Shown here piece after piece: positions 53,033-64,000 of a DNA stretch of 64,000 nt. How positions within the stretch are numbered: position 1 is the stretch's first letter; every line of letters starts with the position of its first letter. The notes beneath the pieces are model-generated. The model saw only the letters and a list, made by a program, of their open reading frames with translations, had not been told where the DNA came from and did no database searches. The stretch comes from Octopus sinensis (lineage: Eukaryota): assembly GCF_006345805.1 (NCBI RefSeq), contig NC_043006.1, forward strand, positions 33,356,001 to 33,420,000, given 5' to 3'. Made by a program: the position numbers and the translations under genes.

Positions 53033-55041
53033 ACACACATGAACGCACACAAATTAAAAAGGAGAAAGAATATTTAGACTGATGCCAATGGCAACGATAG
53101 AATGTTTGTTAAAAAAAAAGTGAGATGAGGTACTTCTTTGCAGTTGTAATTAAAATAAATATTTAGGATTAGAGAAAAGAAAATTAGTCTGGATTTAAAC
53201 TAGATTTTTCTAGTATTCTAGAGAGAAGACTTTCTCAAAGGAAAGGCACACAACTAGCTTCAATAGCAGACAACTAGATTTATAGTTTAAACAGTATATC
53301 TAGTCTTATTTGTTAAATTCTCCAGAACAAAGCACAAACTTAGGCTTCTATGTAGATTCCATTAAAATTTCTTCCAGGTTCAAGAAAACATACATTCTTT
53401 CAGCTTTAATACCAAGAAGTATTTTAAAGCAAAACTTTATTAGTTTTACAATTATCTTACTAATTTCAGACATTCAGCTGAGGCCATGCTACAGCACTGC
53501 CTTCAAGTACTTACTTTATTACACCCATAAATCTACCAATACTAATTATAATTTGGTTACTTATTTTATCGATTTCCGTCCACTGTGTCTCACAGGTTAT
53601 GGAACAATGTAAACACAAACATTTCCACAATGATTTTCCAAAGCATCCAAATTCCACTTACAAGTATCTTGTGAGACAGATATATAGATATAGATATATA
53701 TTACACACAAACACACATTAGCAAAAATCTGCAAGTGACAAGACATTGTTTCGTGCATCTACAAGAGCTCGTGTTACTCCATACACCTACAACATTATGA
53801 ATCTTTATCATGTGATTATGGCATTTGCCATGGTTCACCCAAAACAGCTGTCAAGATTAGACTATTATAGAACATTGTCTTTCATGTAAATATACCCATG
53901 AAGCCTTCTTGCATTTAATATGTTCATGTGGAGAATTAGCAGATATCAGTACCAGATATTGAAGTCTATCTAATGTGTGAAATAACTATTTAAAATGCGA
54001 AGATTATTTTTCTGCTTAAACATTAAGGAAGAACGGATGAGTGGTTGAAATGATCTGATTTGTGAAATTGAAAATTAAATTTTTTAAAAATTAGAAAAAT
54101 AGAAAAAAAATCAAAATGTTACATTGTGCACAAATTTTTTTTTTTTTTAAAAAAAGGAAAATTTTAATTTATGAAGGGAAAAAATACACAGCAAAAAATA
54201 CCACTTCAAATCAATATTTAGTATAAAATGGATGCTATACAAAAGATGTATTATCCTTAGATAGACTTTTGATAAGCAATAAAATCAATTATGACTCAGA
54301 ACTAAAATAAATCTATGGCATAATGTGATCCTATATAATATTGATTCATTATATTGGAGGAATGTGGGTTTAGAATCACCGAGAAAGGAAATTAAGACTG
54401 CATGGCAAGGCATGCTTTTCTTCTGGGTATTCATCAGAAACAACTATAATGGTTCCAGTGAAAGAGTCTCAGACAGTCTAGGCTCACCAGCAGTTTGCTT
54501 CTATTCTATGCTAACAATATATTCAAGGACAATAATGATTCTCTACAGAGTTCCAGAGAGAAGAATCAGAGATCACTGAGCAGATTCCAGGATCTCACTT
54601 ATGCATATTTCAAAAACCCTGAAAGTACTAAAAGATATACGAAACTAAAAACTGAAAAATAACATGGCACTGCTATTTCTACCACCTTCAGTTATAGAAG
54701 GTGTGGCTATGCTGGGGCACCACCTGGAGGGATTTTTGAACAAATTGACTAAATCATCCCCAGTACTTAGCAAGTCTGGCACTTACTCTATCAGTCTCCC
54801 TTGCCGAACCACCAAGTTATGGGGATGTAAAGAAACACACACAAATACACACATGGTGGACTTCCACAGTTTCCATCTTACAAATTTGCTCCCAAGGAAA
54901 TTGGTTGGTCAAGGGCTACAGTGGAAGACACTTGTCTGAGGTGCCATGCAGTGGAACAGAACTCAAAACCACGTAGATGCAAAATGAACTTAAGTCTACA
55001 TTTGTCACGAGGTTACTAATTTGTAAGGGAAGAGATATAAT

Positions 55042-55442
55042 GTAGTAAAGGTTGTTTGCCAACATAACATGGCAGTCCTGGTTTAGGACTAATGTTGCTG
55101 TAATTTAGCCCCAGGAGACATCATCTCCAGCTGGCTTGAACAAGGGAATCTAGCACCCCCACTCAGCTCAAAACAATATCTGTGTATCGCGATTTCCGGG
55201 TTATTTCCCTTCATCAGCACAGAACAATAGTTCGGTTAGAGGTGGCGCTGCCAAATTCCCGTTTGAAATATATAGTTTTCAAAGTGACAACTAGTCACTG
55301 ATTTATCGATTAGAAAATTACTATTTTTTAACAGATTGTGTCATATAGCCAGCTGGAGACAATGTCTCCTGAGGCTAAATTACAGCAACATTAGTCATAA
55401 ACTAGAACTACCATTGTTATGTTGGCAAACAATCTTTACTAC
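55042..55442 (-). mobile_element. Penelope-like pseudo-LTR remnant with inverted arms and an internal hammerhead
   Basis: 55042-55135 and 55348-55442 are reverse complements (about 95 bp) around the hammerhead motif. The Penelope assignment is inferred from the hammerhead plus inverted-arm layout. Confidence 0.55.
55179..55223 (-). ncRNA. Minimal type-I hammerhead ribozyme motif
   Basis: UCUGUG-CUGAUGA-A-GGG-aaauaa-CCC-G-GAAA-UCGCGA-UA-CACAGA. Perfect 6-bp stem I, palindromic AUCGCGAU stem III, AUA cleavage triplet; A-G at the base of stem II. Confidence 0.65.
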
Positions 55443-56218
55443 AAAGTACTGTTACTGAATATCTTTCATTGTGAGATTTAAAAATAGTAATTTTTCTAAT
55501 CAAGAGATATGTTGAATGGATGGACCCCACTATATTCCTGCTATCAATTTAATAGACTTCAAGAAGGATAATTCAAAGTTAATCTCAGTAAGATTTGAAT
55601 TCCAATGTACAGAAAAACAGAACCATATTTTCTCCTGTTCCTGCTCATTCATAGCATTTTTTTTATTGAACTTGTTCCACTTACAGTAGTAAAGTTATTC
55701 ACTTTTTGGTGGATGGGGTTTGAGTTCAGTCCCACTGCATGGCACCTGCTACAGCACCCGGCTAACCAAAACCTTGAGAGTGGATTTGGTAGATGGAAAC
55801 AAAAAGAGGCCCGTTGTGTGTGTGTGTATACATACACAAACATATATGTATGTATCAGGGACGTACCGCCTGGGTAGGCAAGGTAGACAGTGCCTACCCT
55901 GAATGAAATAGATCGATAGTAACATCTTTGTTTTATGGCAAAATATGCACCTAATTTAATAAAATTATGAAGGTTACTCTGATTATTGTGCATAAAATGC
56001 AAAATATTTTATATTTTGGTAGATTAGGTAGGCATAAATTCGCCCCTGCTTTTCAATCTCAGTATTAAGTAGTACATGTGCTGCGTACATTCCTACAACA
56101 TTTTCTTTATATGCTATAAAGGCAGAAATAAATCTGCCTCTAACTCATTCATGTGCCTGTGTTTCGCTTATTTTTTTTTATATTATATTAGATTACGATT
56201 TTATATACACACACACAT

Positions 56219-56546
56219 AAAGGAGCACTCCGTCAGTTACGACAACGAGGGTCCCAGCTGATACGATCAACAGACCAGCTTGCTCGTGAAATTAATGTGC
56301 AAGTGGTTGAGCACTGCACAGACACATGCACCTTTGATGTAGTTCTCGGGGAAATTCAGTGTGACACAGAGTGTGACAAGGCTGGCCCTTTCAAATACAG
56401 GTACTACTCATTTTTGCTAGCTGAGTGGACTGGAGCAACATGAAATAAAGTGTCTTGCTCAAGGACTCAATGCACCACCAGGAATTGAACTCACGACCTT
56501 ACAATCATGAGCCGAATCCCCTAACCACTAAGCCATGTGCCTTCAA
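56219..56546 (-). mobile_element. tRNA-derived SINE family C
   Basis: Minus-strand head gaaggcacatggcttagtggttagg...gtgagttcaattcc; copies at 30458-30757 and 62478-62695, related heads at about 17000-17190 and 39100-39255. Confidence 0.8.
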
Positions 56547-56552
56547 CACACT

Positions 56553-56584
<32 letters not shown>

Positions 56585-57046
56585 AGGCACAAGCTTTAAT
56601 GCAGGTCAAGTACTAATCATACCCTAGGAAAGGTACATAACTCTGTTTACTTTGTATCTCGATTCATCTAACAAAATATCTGCACACAACATACCTCACA
56701 GCTAAGTGCTTAAGAAATTATCAGGTCTATTCTCACATGGTGGAAAGATAGAATTAAAATTGAAATATGTTATGCGCTCGTTTTTATAATCAGTTTTTGT
56801 GAAACAGTCTATCAGAATACATCTTGTGCATCTTCCATTTTAAACTTGGCATCTACCATGCAATATACTAAATAAAAAAAAGAACAATTTAAACAGGAAA
56901 TCATGAGCAAAACAATCAATGTGTAGCAAATGAAATGTCAATCATGGAAAAAGCAGCACAAAATTGTCTGGACTATTTGCCTACAAAGAAATGAAAGCAA
57001 GGAAGCATTTGGCACACACAAACAGAGAAAACCAAGCAAAAGATGA

Positions 57047-57523
57047 GGAAAGGGTAAGAAAAGGGATGTGGGGAAAGGGTAAGAAAAGGGATGTGGGAAA
57101 GAGTAAGAAAAGGGATGTGGGAAAGGCTAAGAAAAGGGATGTGGGAAAGGGTAAGAAATGGGATGTGGGAAAGGGCAAGAAAGGGATGTGGGAAAGGGTA
57201 AGAAAAGGGATGTGGGAAAGGGTAAGAAAAGGGATGTGGGAAAGGGTAAGAAAGGGGATGTGGGAAAGGGTAAGAAAGGGGATGTGGGAAAGGGTAAGAA
57301 AGGGGATGTGGGAAAAAGTAAGAAAAGGGATGTGGGGAAGATTAAGAAAAGGGATGTGGGGAAGATTAAGAAAAGGGATGTGGGGAAGAGTAAGAAAAGG
57401 GATGTGGGAAAGGGTGGGAAAGGGTAAGAAAAGGGGTGTGGGAAAGGGTAAGAAAGGGGATGTGGGAAAGGGTAAGAAAGGGGATGTGGGAAAGAGTAAG
57501 AAAAGGGATGTGGGAAAGGGTAA
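57047..57523 (+). repeat. 24-bp G-rich minisatellite, about 20 copies (GGGAAAGGGTAAGAAAAGGGATGT)
   Basis: Direct tandem units; translates as GKGKKRDV or ERVRKGMW repeats; three GGG runs per unit. Confidence 0.95.
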
Positions 57524-58242
57524 AGAGTTGAAAGGAGAGGTTTGAGTGTTGTTGCTTTTATGTGAAAACTGGAGGAAACCTGTCAGGATCTATAAATGTG
57601 GTGACAAAATACACTGGCAGAATTATTAGCATCAGAATGCTTATCAACATTTACTCCTGCCCACCTCATACGATGACTCATTAAGGTCGACCCTCACACC
57701 TCAACATTACCATTTTCATCATTTTCCAGTGCCATCCAATCACTTTCATTCTCCTCTCTTCTAAATCATAACCATGTAACTCCTCTTCTGCTTTGGCCCT
57801 TTTCTCTCATACTTGACCCCTTTCCTTGCATAAAGTTAGCCCCTTGGTGTTCATTGTCTTGTAAGCTGCATGGCAACCACACAAGTACTGGTGGCATGAA
57901 AAAACAACACCCAGTCAAAGTTGCAAAGTGGTTGGTGTTAGGAAGCGCAATCAGTTGTGGGGGAAATGCTAAAGTAAACAGCGGAACACAATGTAGTCCT
58001 TGCACCCATTGGATCCTGTGAGACTGTCCAACCCATGCCAGCATGGAATATGGACATTAAATGATGAAGATGATAATTCCAGCTCCTCCAGAGTCAATAT
58101 AATCAAAATCAACACCAAAAAATTTCTTTTTGAACTTATGTTAAAAATATTTATTATTATTATTAATACTGCTTCTGGACAATGTACCACATGTACTTAA
58201 GTTTCCCTAAAATATTTTTTCTTTATTTCATATACTTCTTAC

Positions 58243-58257
58243 CTGATGCAGACTAAA
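58243..58257 (-). CDS. Candidate 15-nt microexon of the minus-strand gene (FSLHQ, phase 0-0)
   Basis: Minus strand reads ttttacctttactttgaag|TTTAGTCTGCATCAG|gtaaga: good pyrimidine tract, AG, and a near-consensus donor. Length is a multiple of 3 and phase matches the next exons. Confidence 0.55.
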
Positions 58258-59369
58258 CTTCAAAGTAAAGGTAAAATGTCCTATCTGATGATAAGGTGTT
58301 GGACTACAAGATCATGCACTGTGAATGTCTATCTATTGCGTATATATGTTATGAGCAGTGAAAAAAACCTATGTATTGTGGAATTAACTGCAAGCAATAA
58401 ATACCATATATTTTTCAAATTTCAAACTAAATAGATTGATGACCTAACCAGAAAAAGCTCTATTCCATCTACTTAGTACTTTAAAAACTAAAAAGTGAGC
58501 ACCATTTCCTCACAAATGTTCAGGGACTTTTAAATATATTTTCATCGATATCATTAAAATATATAACTGAAGATATCTCTCACATCTACCCTGAGAAAAA
58601 AAAAGTTTCTGGTTAGAACTAGTACAAAATACACAGTCCTATAAAGCTATTTGACAATATAACCAAGCCCAATTTTTACCTCGGTTTTCCATGTGGACAC
58701 AGTCAAAGCTCAAGACACACCATAAAACCACAGTTACACAAACCATCACTATTCAAGTTGCACCACTATTTTTGCACATTAAACGACATTGAGTCACTGC
58801 AATCATGTCACCAATGTATAGACTCTACAACAAAAATGGTTCTCAAACATTTTTTTTTTCTTATGCATGATCCCCTTTGATTACTATTTTATTCTAGTGA
58901 ACCCCTATAGCTATTCAATGTTAGATACCTCTTTCGAAATTCCCACATTCACTCATGTAGGTTGAACTAAATAAAACAGAGGAAAAAAAAACCTAGTTGT
59001 TTCTTGCAATAAACATATCTAAATCAAAGTTTTTCATGGACCCTTAATATACTACTGTGGATCCCTAATTTACTATTTTGTTTACATGGACCCCAGAAAT
59101 CTTATATGAACCCCCAGGGGTCAAATGGACCCTGGTTGAGAACCACGGTTCAACAGCAAACCTTTTCACTGAGCAGAATCTCATGTTTACTGCAACAACT
59201 TGCACTTAAAGTAATTTCCAAAAGGCATTCTAGTTTACTGGCAGTATTTTTATAAATCTATAAAGAAGAGTAATGAAAGTCACCACAGAAAAGAGAACTA
59301 AATTTACTGTTTCGAGAAGACCCATGAATGGACAAATGAGGAAGACGGCAAGTTCATAAAAGCCTTATA

Positions 59370-59598
59370 TTAACCCTTTCAATACTGTATTTCTGTTGAG
59401 ATGCTCTGTGTTTCTTTCAATTACTTTAAATATAACAAAGAATTTAGTAAAATAACTTGGTTATCATTCAGCTCGTGTTAGGAACATAAATTGTGACTAA
59501 GGTTTGGTGGAAGATTTTAATTCAGAACTTATGAAAACAAGACATTTGTACTACAGAGCCATAGGTGGTTTCAGCCGGATTGGTAATGAAAGGGTTAA
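59370..59598. mobile_element. piggyBac-like MITE, family 2
   Basis: TTAA-CCCTTTC...GAAAGGG-TTAA. Confidence 0.75.
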
Positions 59599-60049
59599 GT
59601 CGGTATAAAATACAAGAAGCTGAAATCAGCAACCTTTTATCATTTTATAGGTTTTAGACATTCAACTGTCACTATTATGGGAGAACCACTTTCAAGGGCT
59701 TTGATTGGTTAACTTTATCGGGTTCTTATTTTATCAACCATGATGGGCAAGAAGAAACAAAAAAAACAAATTGGTATAAATGGACATAAGTCAGAGTTCA
59801 ACAAACCAATTTTTGCCATTCCCACTTAATACACATGCATTTGAGGGCTGTACTGAAAGTAATGCAAAGAAAGGCATTACTGTTTTCATATTAACTAACA
59901 TTGATAATTCAAACTGCACATGTCAGCAGAGTAACCTTGCTACTTATCCTTTTCAATTGCAGGCAAATTGTGGGTTCCAAGCAAAAACAACATGGTATCA
60001 TTGATTTCTTATGGAAGGCAGGGCGCAGACTATTCAACATCTACAGAAG

Positions 60050-60295
60050 GCGACATGCAGTTTAAAGAGATAACACCACTGATAAGAACAATGTGCAAAG
60101 GTGGATTAATAAGTTTAAAATAGGGGGAAACGATGCAATGAGAGACCATCGACTGCAACCACTGACAAGAGGACAAACTGACAATGAGCTTGCTGCACAA
60201 ATGCAGTGTGGCCACACTTCATTCCAACATGATACAACATTTGGGTACCAGAAAGTGCATGAAAACTGGGTGCACTCAGCTGTTGGTACCTGATT
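60050..60295 (+). mobile_element. Decayed mariner transposase N-terminal fragment
   Basis: Across frameshifts: DNTTDKNNVQRWINKFKIG...TDNELAAQMQCGH...MIQHL/GYQKVHENWV...LL, matching the mariner HTH region and the WVPxxL motif. Confidence 0.65.
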
Positions 60296-60561
60296 TAAGG
60301 GAGATCAGAATACTAGTTTCTGATCTGCTGGAAACATTTGAAACCAATTCCTTTATTTGTTTCAGTCATTTGACTGCAGCCATGCTGGAGCACTGGCTTT
60401 AGTCGAGAAAATCGACCCCAAGACTTATTCTTTGTAAGCCTAGCACTTATTCAATCGGTCTCTTTTGCTGAACCGCTAAGTTATGGGGACGTAAACACAC
60501 CAGCATCAGTTGTCAAGCAATGTTGAGGGGACAAACACACAAACATATACACATACATACA

Positions 60562-60602
<41 letters not shown>

Positions 60603-62732
60603 GCTTCTTTCAGTTTCTGTCTACAAAATACACTCCGAGGCTATAGTAGAAGACACTTGCCCAAAGTGCCACGCAGTGGGACTGAACCTGGAATGATGTG
60701 CTTAACTACATGGCCATGCTTCATAACATGAGAAGATGCAAGTGCTAGCATTATCTCCCTTGTAACACTTAAAACTCCTGGGTGGGGAAACCCCCACCTG
60801 GGGAGCAATTGCACCCACAAGACCCATTTTACTACACCCACAGGCTGGTATGCTCGTATGTACAAAATATAATAAATTTGTCGATTATAAAATTTAAACA
60901 ATATTCATATGGCTTAAAACGGTTAGACTCGAACAGAAATCATCTGGTAATTGCCATTTGAATGGAAATTTTGTTTTCTCTATAAAACACATATTGCTAG
61001 GTTTGTACCACCCCCTTGAGACCCAACTACACTCTAGCTGAAAAATACAGAATACCGCATGAGTAATATAAATATTCTAAATTCAGTGGGGCGTTCATGA
61101 AGATGTTATGCATTAATTTAATGTGTTAAACTTATCTTTATTAATGTAAATCGAATTATACATAGATATATTCAGGATTTACACTGATATAAGAGTTAGA
61201 ATAATACTTTGTTGGGTGCATAACATCGCAACTCCATGCATGTATGTTTTCAGTTGGAAATATTTTTGCAAAACTGTCGTATGTGGGACTTACTACACTT
61301 TTGAAAAATGCTAAACCATTGTACTACACTTTGATAATTTTCATATCTTGGCATCTGAAACAGCTGGAGATATGATAGCTTGACCAAAAGAACTGGCTAT
61401 TGCAAGCATTTGGTCAAATTTGGACATATGGCAGTTTAACAGAATAGCAATGATATATATTTGATTAATGAGACAGAAGATGGAAGATACGAGAATCTTT
61501 ATTGATCACGTCAACTGTTTTGACCCATCTAGCATTATCTCTCGTGGGTGGGATACTGAACAGCTGGGGTGATGGGTCTAAACAATTGTAATGATCAATA
61601 AAGATTCTTATATCTTCCATCTCCCTCTCATTAATTAAATACCTAAAAAACACTAAACCAGTGAACATGCTTTACCAGCAAACCACCAGATGTATAGCAT
61701 ACACTTTTTTAATGATTAATAACATCTGTTTGTCCCCACATCACCGCTTGACAACCGGTGTTGGTGTTTATGCCCCCATAACTTAGTGGTCTGGCAAAAG
61801 AGACCAACAGAATAAATACTGGGCATAAAAAATAAGTCCTGGAGTTGATTCGTTCAATTAAAACACTCCAAGGTAATGCTGCAATCAAATGACTGAAACG
61901 AGTAAAAGAATAAACAACAAGAATAAGTGAATAACCCACACGCAACCCTAATGACCCAAGGAAACATTATGGAACTGAGAAAGCTTCATGTAACATTTAC
62001 CTCACCATATACAGCAAAAGAACATTTATATGGTTGTTCAAACAGCTAGAAATAGCAGCCAAATCTCACTCAAATTATAAGCCACTGTTTTAAACAAAAG
62101 GACACATTGTATAATGTAGTCCTACATACATTCATCATTATTATTATTATTAAATGTCTGTTTTCCATGCCAGCATGGGTTGGACAGTAGCTGGCTGCAC
62201 CAGACCCAAATTGTGTTTTGGCATGGTTTCTACAGCTGGATGTCCTTCGTAACATCATCGACTTTACCCGAGTATACTGAGTGCTTTTTATGTGGTACCA
62301 GCACCAACAGGGTCACTGAGTAAGTTGTAACTCAAAAACTCCCTCAGGTGGGGGGAGGGAGTATTAGTGAGGAGCGTGGCTTTGTACCAACTGATGAGAG
62401 ATCAGGGTGACAGGGGCAGGTGCCCTGCTGTAGAGCAGATATATGAATTGCTGTAGAGTAGAAGGTACGAAAACAACTGGAGCACTCCGTCAGTTATGAC
62501 AACGAGGGTTCCAGTTGATCCAATCAACGGAATAGCCAGCTCGTGAAATTAACACGCATGTGGCTGAGTACTACACAGACATGTGTACCCTTAACAGAGT
62601 TTTCAGGGAGATTCAGTGTGACACAGAATGTGACAAGGCTGGCCCCTTTTGAAATACAGGTACAACTCATTTTTGCCAGTTGAGCGGACTGAAACAGCAG
62701 ATAACACAAGAACAGGTGTAACAACATCACAA

Positions 62733-62950
62733 TTAACCCTTTAGTATTTAAACCAGCCAAAATATTATACCTGCTTTATATTCAAACTGGCCAGATCCTG
62801 CCTCTCACACCTACCCTACACTGTTAGTGTAAAAATAAACAATCACATCACCAAAATCTCAAAGCTACATAATGCAGGGTTAATTCAAAACAATGTGAAT
62901 TAATAAGCATTACATAAAACAGAGTAACAATTTGAATGCTAAAGGGTTAA
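62733..62950. mobile_element. piggyBac-like MITE, family 1, with intact TTAA on both sides
   Basis: TTAA-CCCTTTAG...CTAAAGGG-TTAA. Confidence 0.75.
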
Positions 62951-64000
62951 TAAGCTTCCTTTACATCCTAAACAATCCAAGCTAAGTAGAACAAATACTC
63001 TGCACATAACTATGACAACCACATGATAAACTATCCATTAATCACCCTCTTAGCACCTACCTGTCATTACGACACTAACAAATTTCATAAATACCCGTAG
63101 AACCCCTTCTACTAAGTACAGAATTAAACTCCAACAACACCATCTCTCTTCTCAGCATCACTAATTACAACAAACCACCACAAGCAACTGTGAAAGGGTA
63201 AATAAGTGACTCGGTGACAGATCTACAGCTAGAAGTGAATCAAGCAAATTAAAACTGAAATGAAGAGATACTTATGGTTGTAAAGTAATAGCCACACAAG
63301 GGCTTAATGTCAACAACACAATGGGACTGTACTGACATGACACTTAAGAAGTGAGATCTCACATAAGTACCAAAACTTCCTTCAAATAGCACCCTACTGT
63401 CTTGTAGGCAGGACACACTGGATAATGTAATCCTAGAACAGCTTTCATCATACTTCCATCAAGGCCGTTCCCAAAGTGGGTGGTATTGCACCCCCTGGGT
63501 GCAGTGGAAGAAAAGTGGGGCAATAATGGGGGAGTGATTCATCTAAAAACAACAAAATGTTTTGCACCGTCCTAGTGGTGCTAAGAATCCGTCAGGGTGT
63601 CAAGGGGGCAGCAGCCCAAAAAAGTCTGGGAACCACTGTTCTAGAATCTAACAGTAACACAATGGCTGAATTGATAAAGTACAAAACAACATGATTCATG
63701 GGTCAGCTTTGGTACTGTTGCCAGTATTGCATTGTATTTATAACCAACACAATTCACATTGGCCCATGTATAGGAAGGAGATGCAGTGTGGATGAAAGCT
63801 TAACCCTCCCCACAAGCAGATCTAAACGAGAAGCGAGAGGAACCAAACTACACATGCAGTTTGGCTTTTGCACCGTCCTAGTGGTGACTAATAACAATTG
63901 TGTCTAACAGATCCACAACACCTAAAATCTGGAAAGGGATTAGTCAATGAGATTGATTTCAGTTACTTTAGTGATCCTTTGAATCTGAAAGGGTGAAAGG

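Noticed and set aside
56964-57545. 193-aa and 89-aa ORFs resembling a neuropeptide precursor (KR sites, GMW)
   Set aside because: Products of the 24-bp minisatellite; non-ATG starts, no signal peptide, most units lack a Gly-Lys-Arg amidation pattern.
63560-63888. 21-bp direct repeat ttttgcaccgtcctagtggtg about 300 bp apart
   Set aside because: The first copy is inside a hAT-like MITE; the second is most simply another fragment of the same repeat family.

Overview
AT-rich eukaryotic DNA dense in microsatellites and retroposons. The tRNA-headed SINE and MITE families match those I recognise from octopus (coleoid cephalopod) genomes; this is recognition, not a database hit. No CRISPR arrays, operons, rRNA or genuine tRNA genes are visible, and nearly all ORFs in the supplied track are repeat artefacts. 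The window appears to lie inside the 3' part of one large minus-strand gene that I cannot name. About 13 short exons can be read from splice signals between 58257 and 445; the best encodes GPRAPYPGPQMGSGGPPPPPMGMRAGGPGVPPHGYP. Most are frame-preserving cassettes, several look like alternative last exons, and one 16-nt exon would switch the frame of the exons after it. The introns hold several SINE families, piggyBac-like and hAT-like MITEs, decayed Tc1/mariner and CR1-type fragments, long satellites and several long inverted repeats. Three minimal type-I hammerhead ribozyme motifs sit in Penelope-like contexts. The most interesting is a composite element at 37019-37311 joining a tRNA-like Pol III head to a hammerhead and an inverted tail copy, just upstream of an exon. 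All exon calls are by-eye predictions that need RNA evidence.
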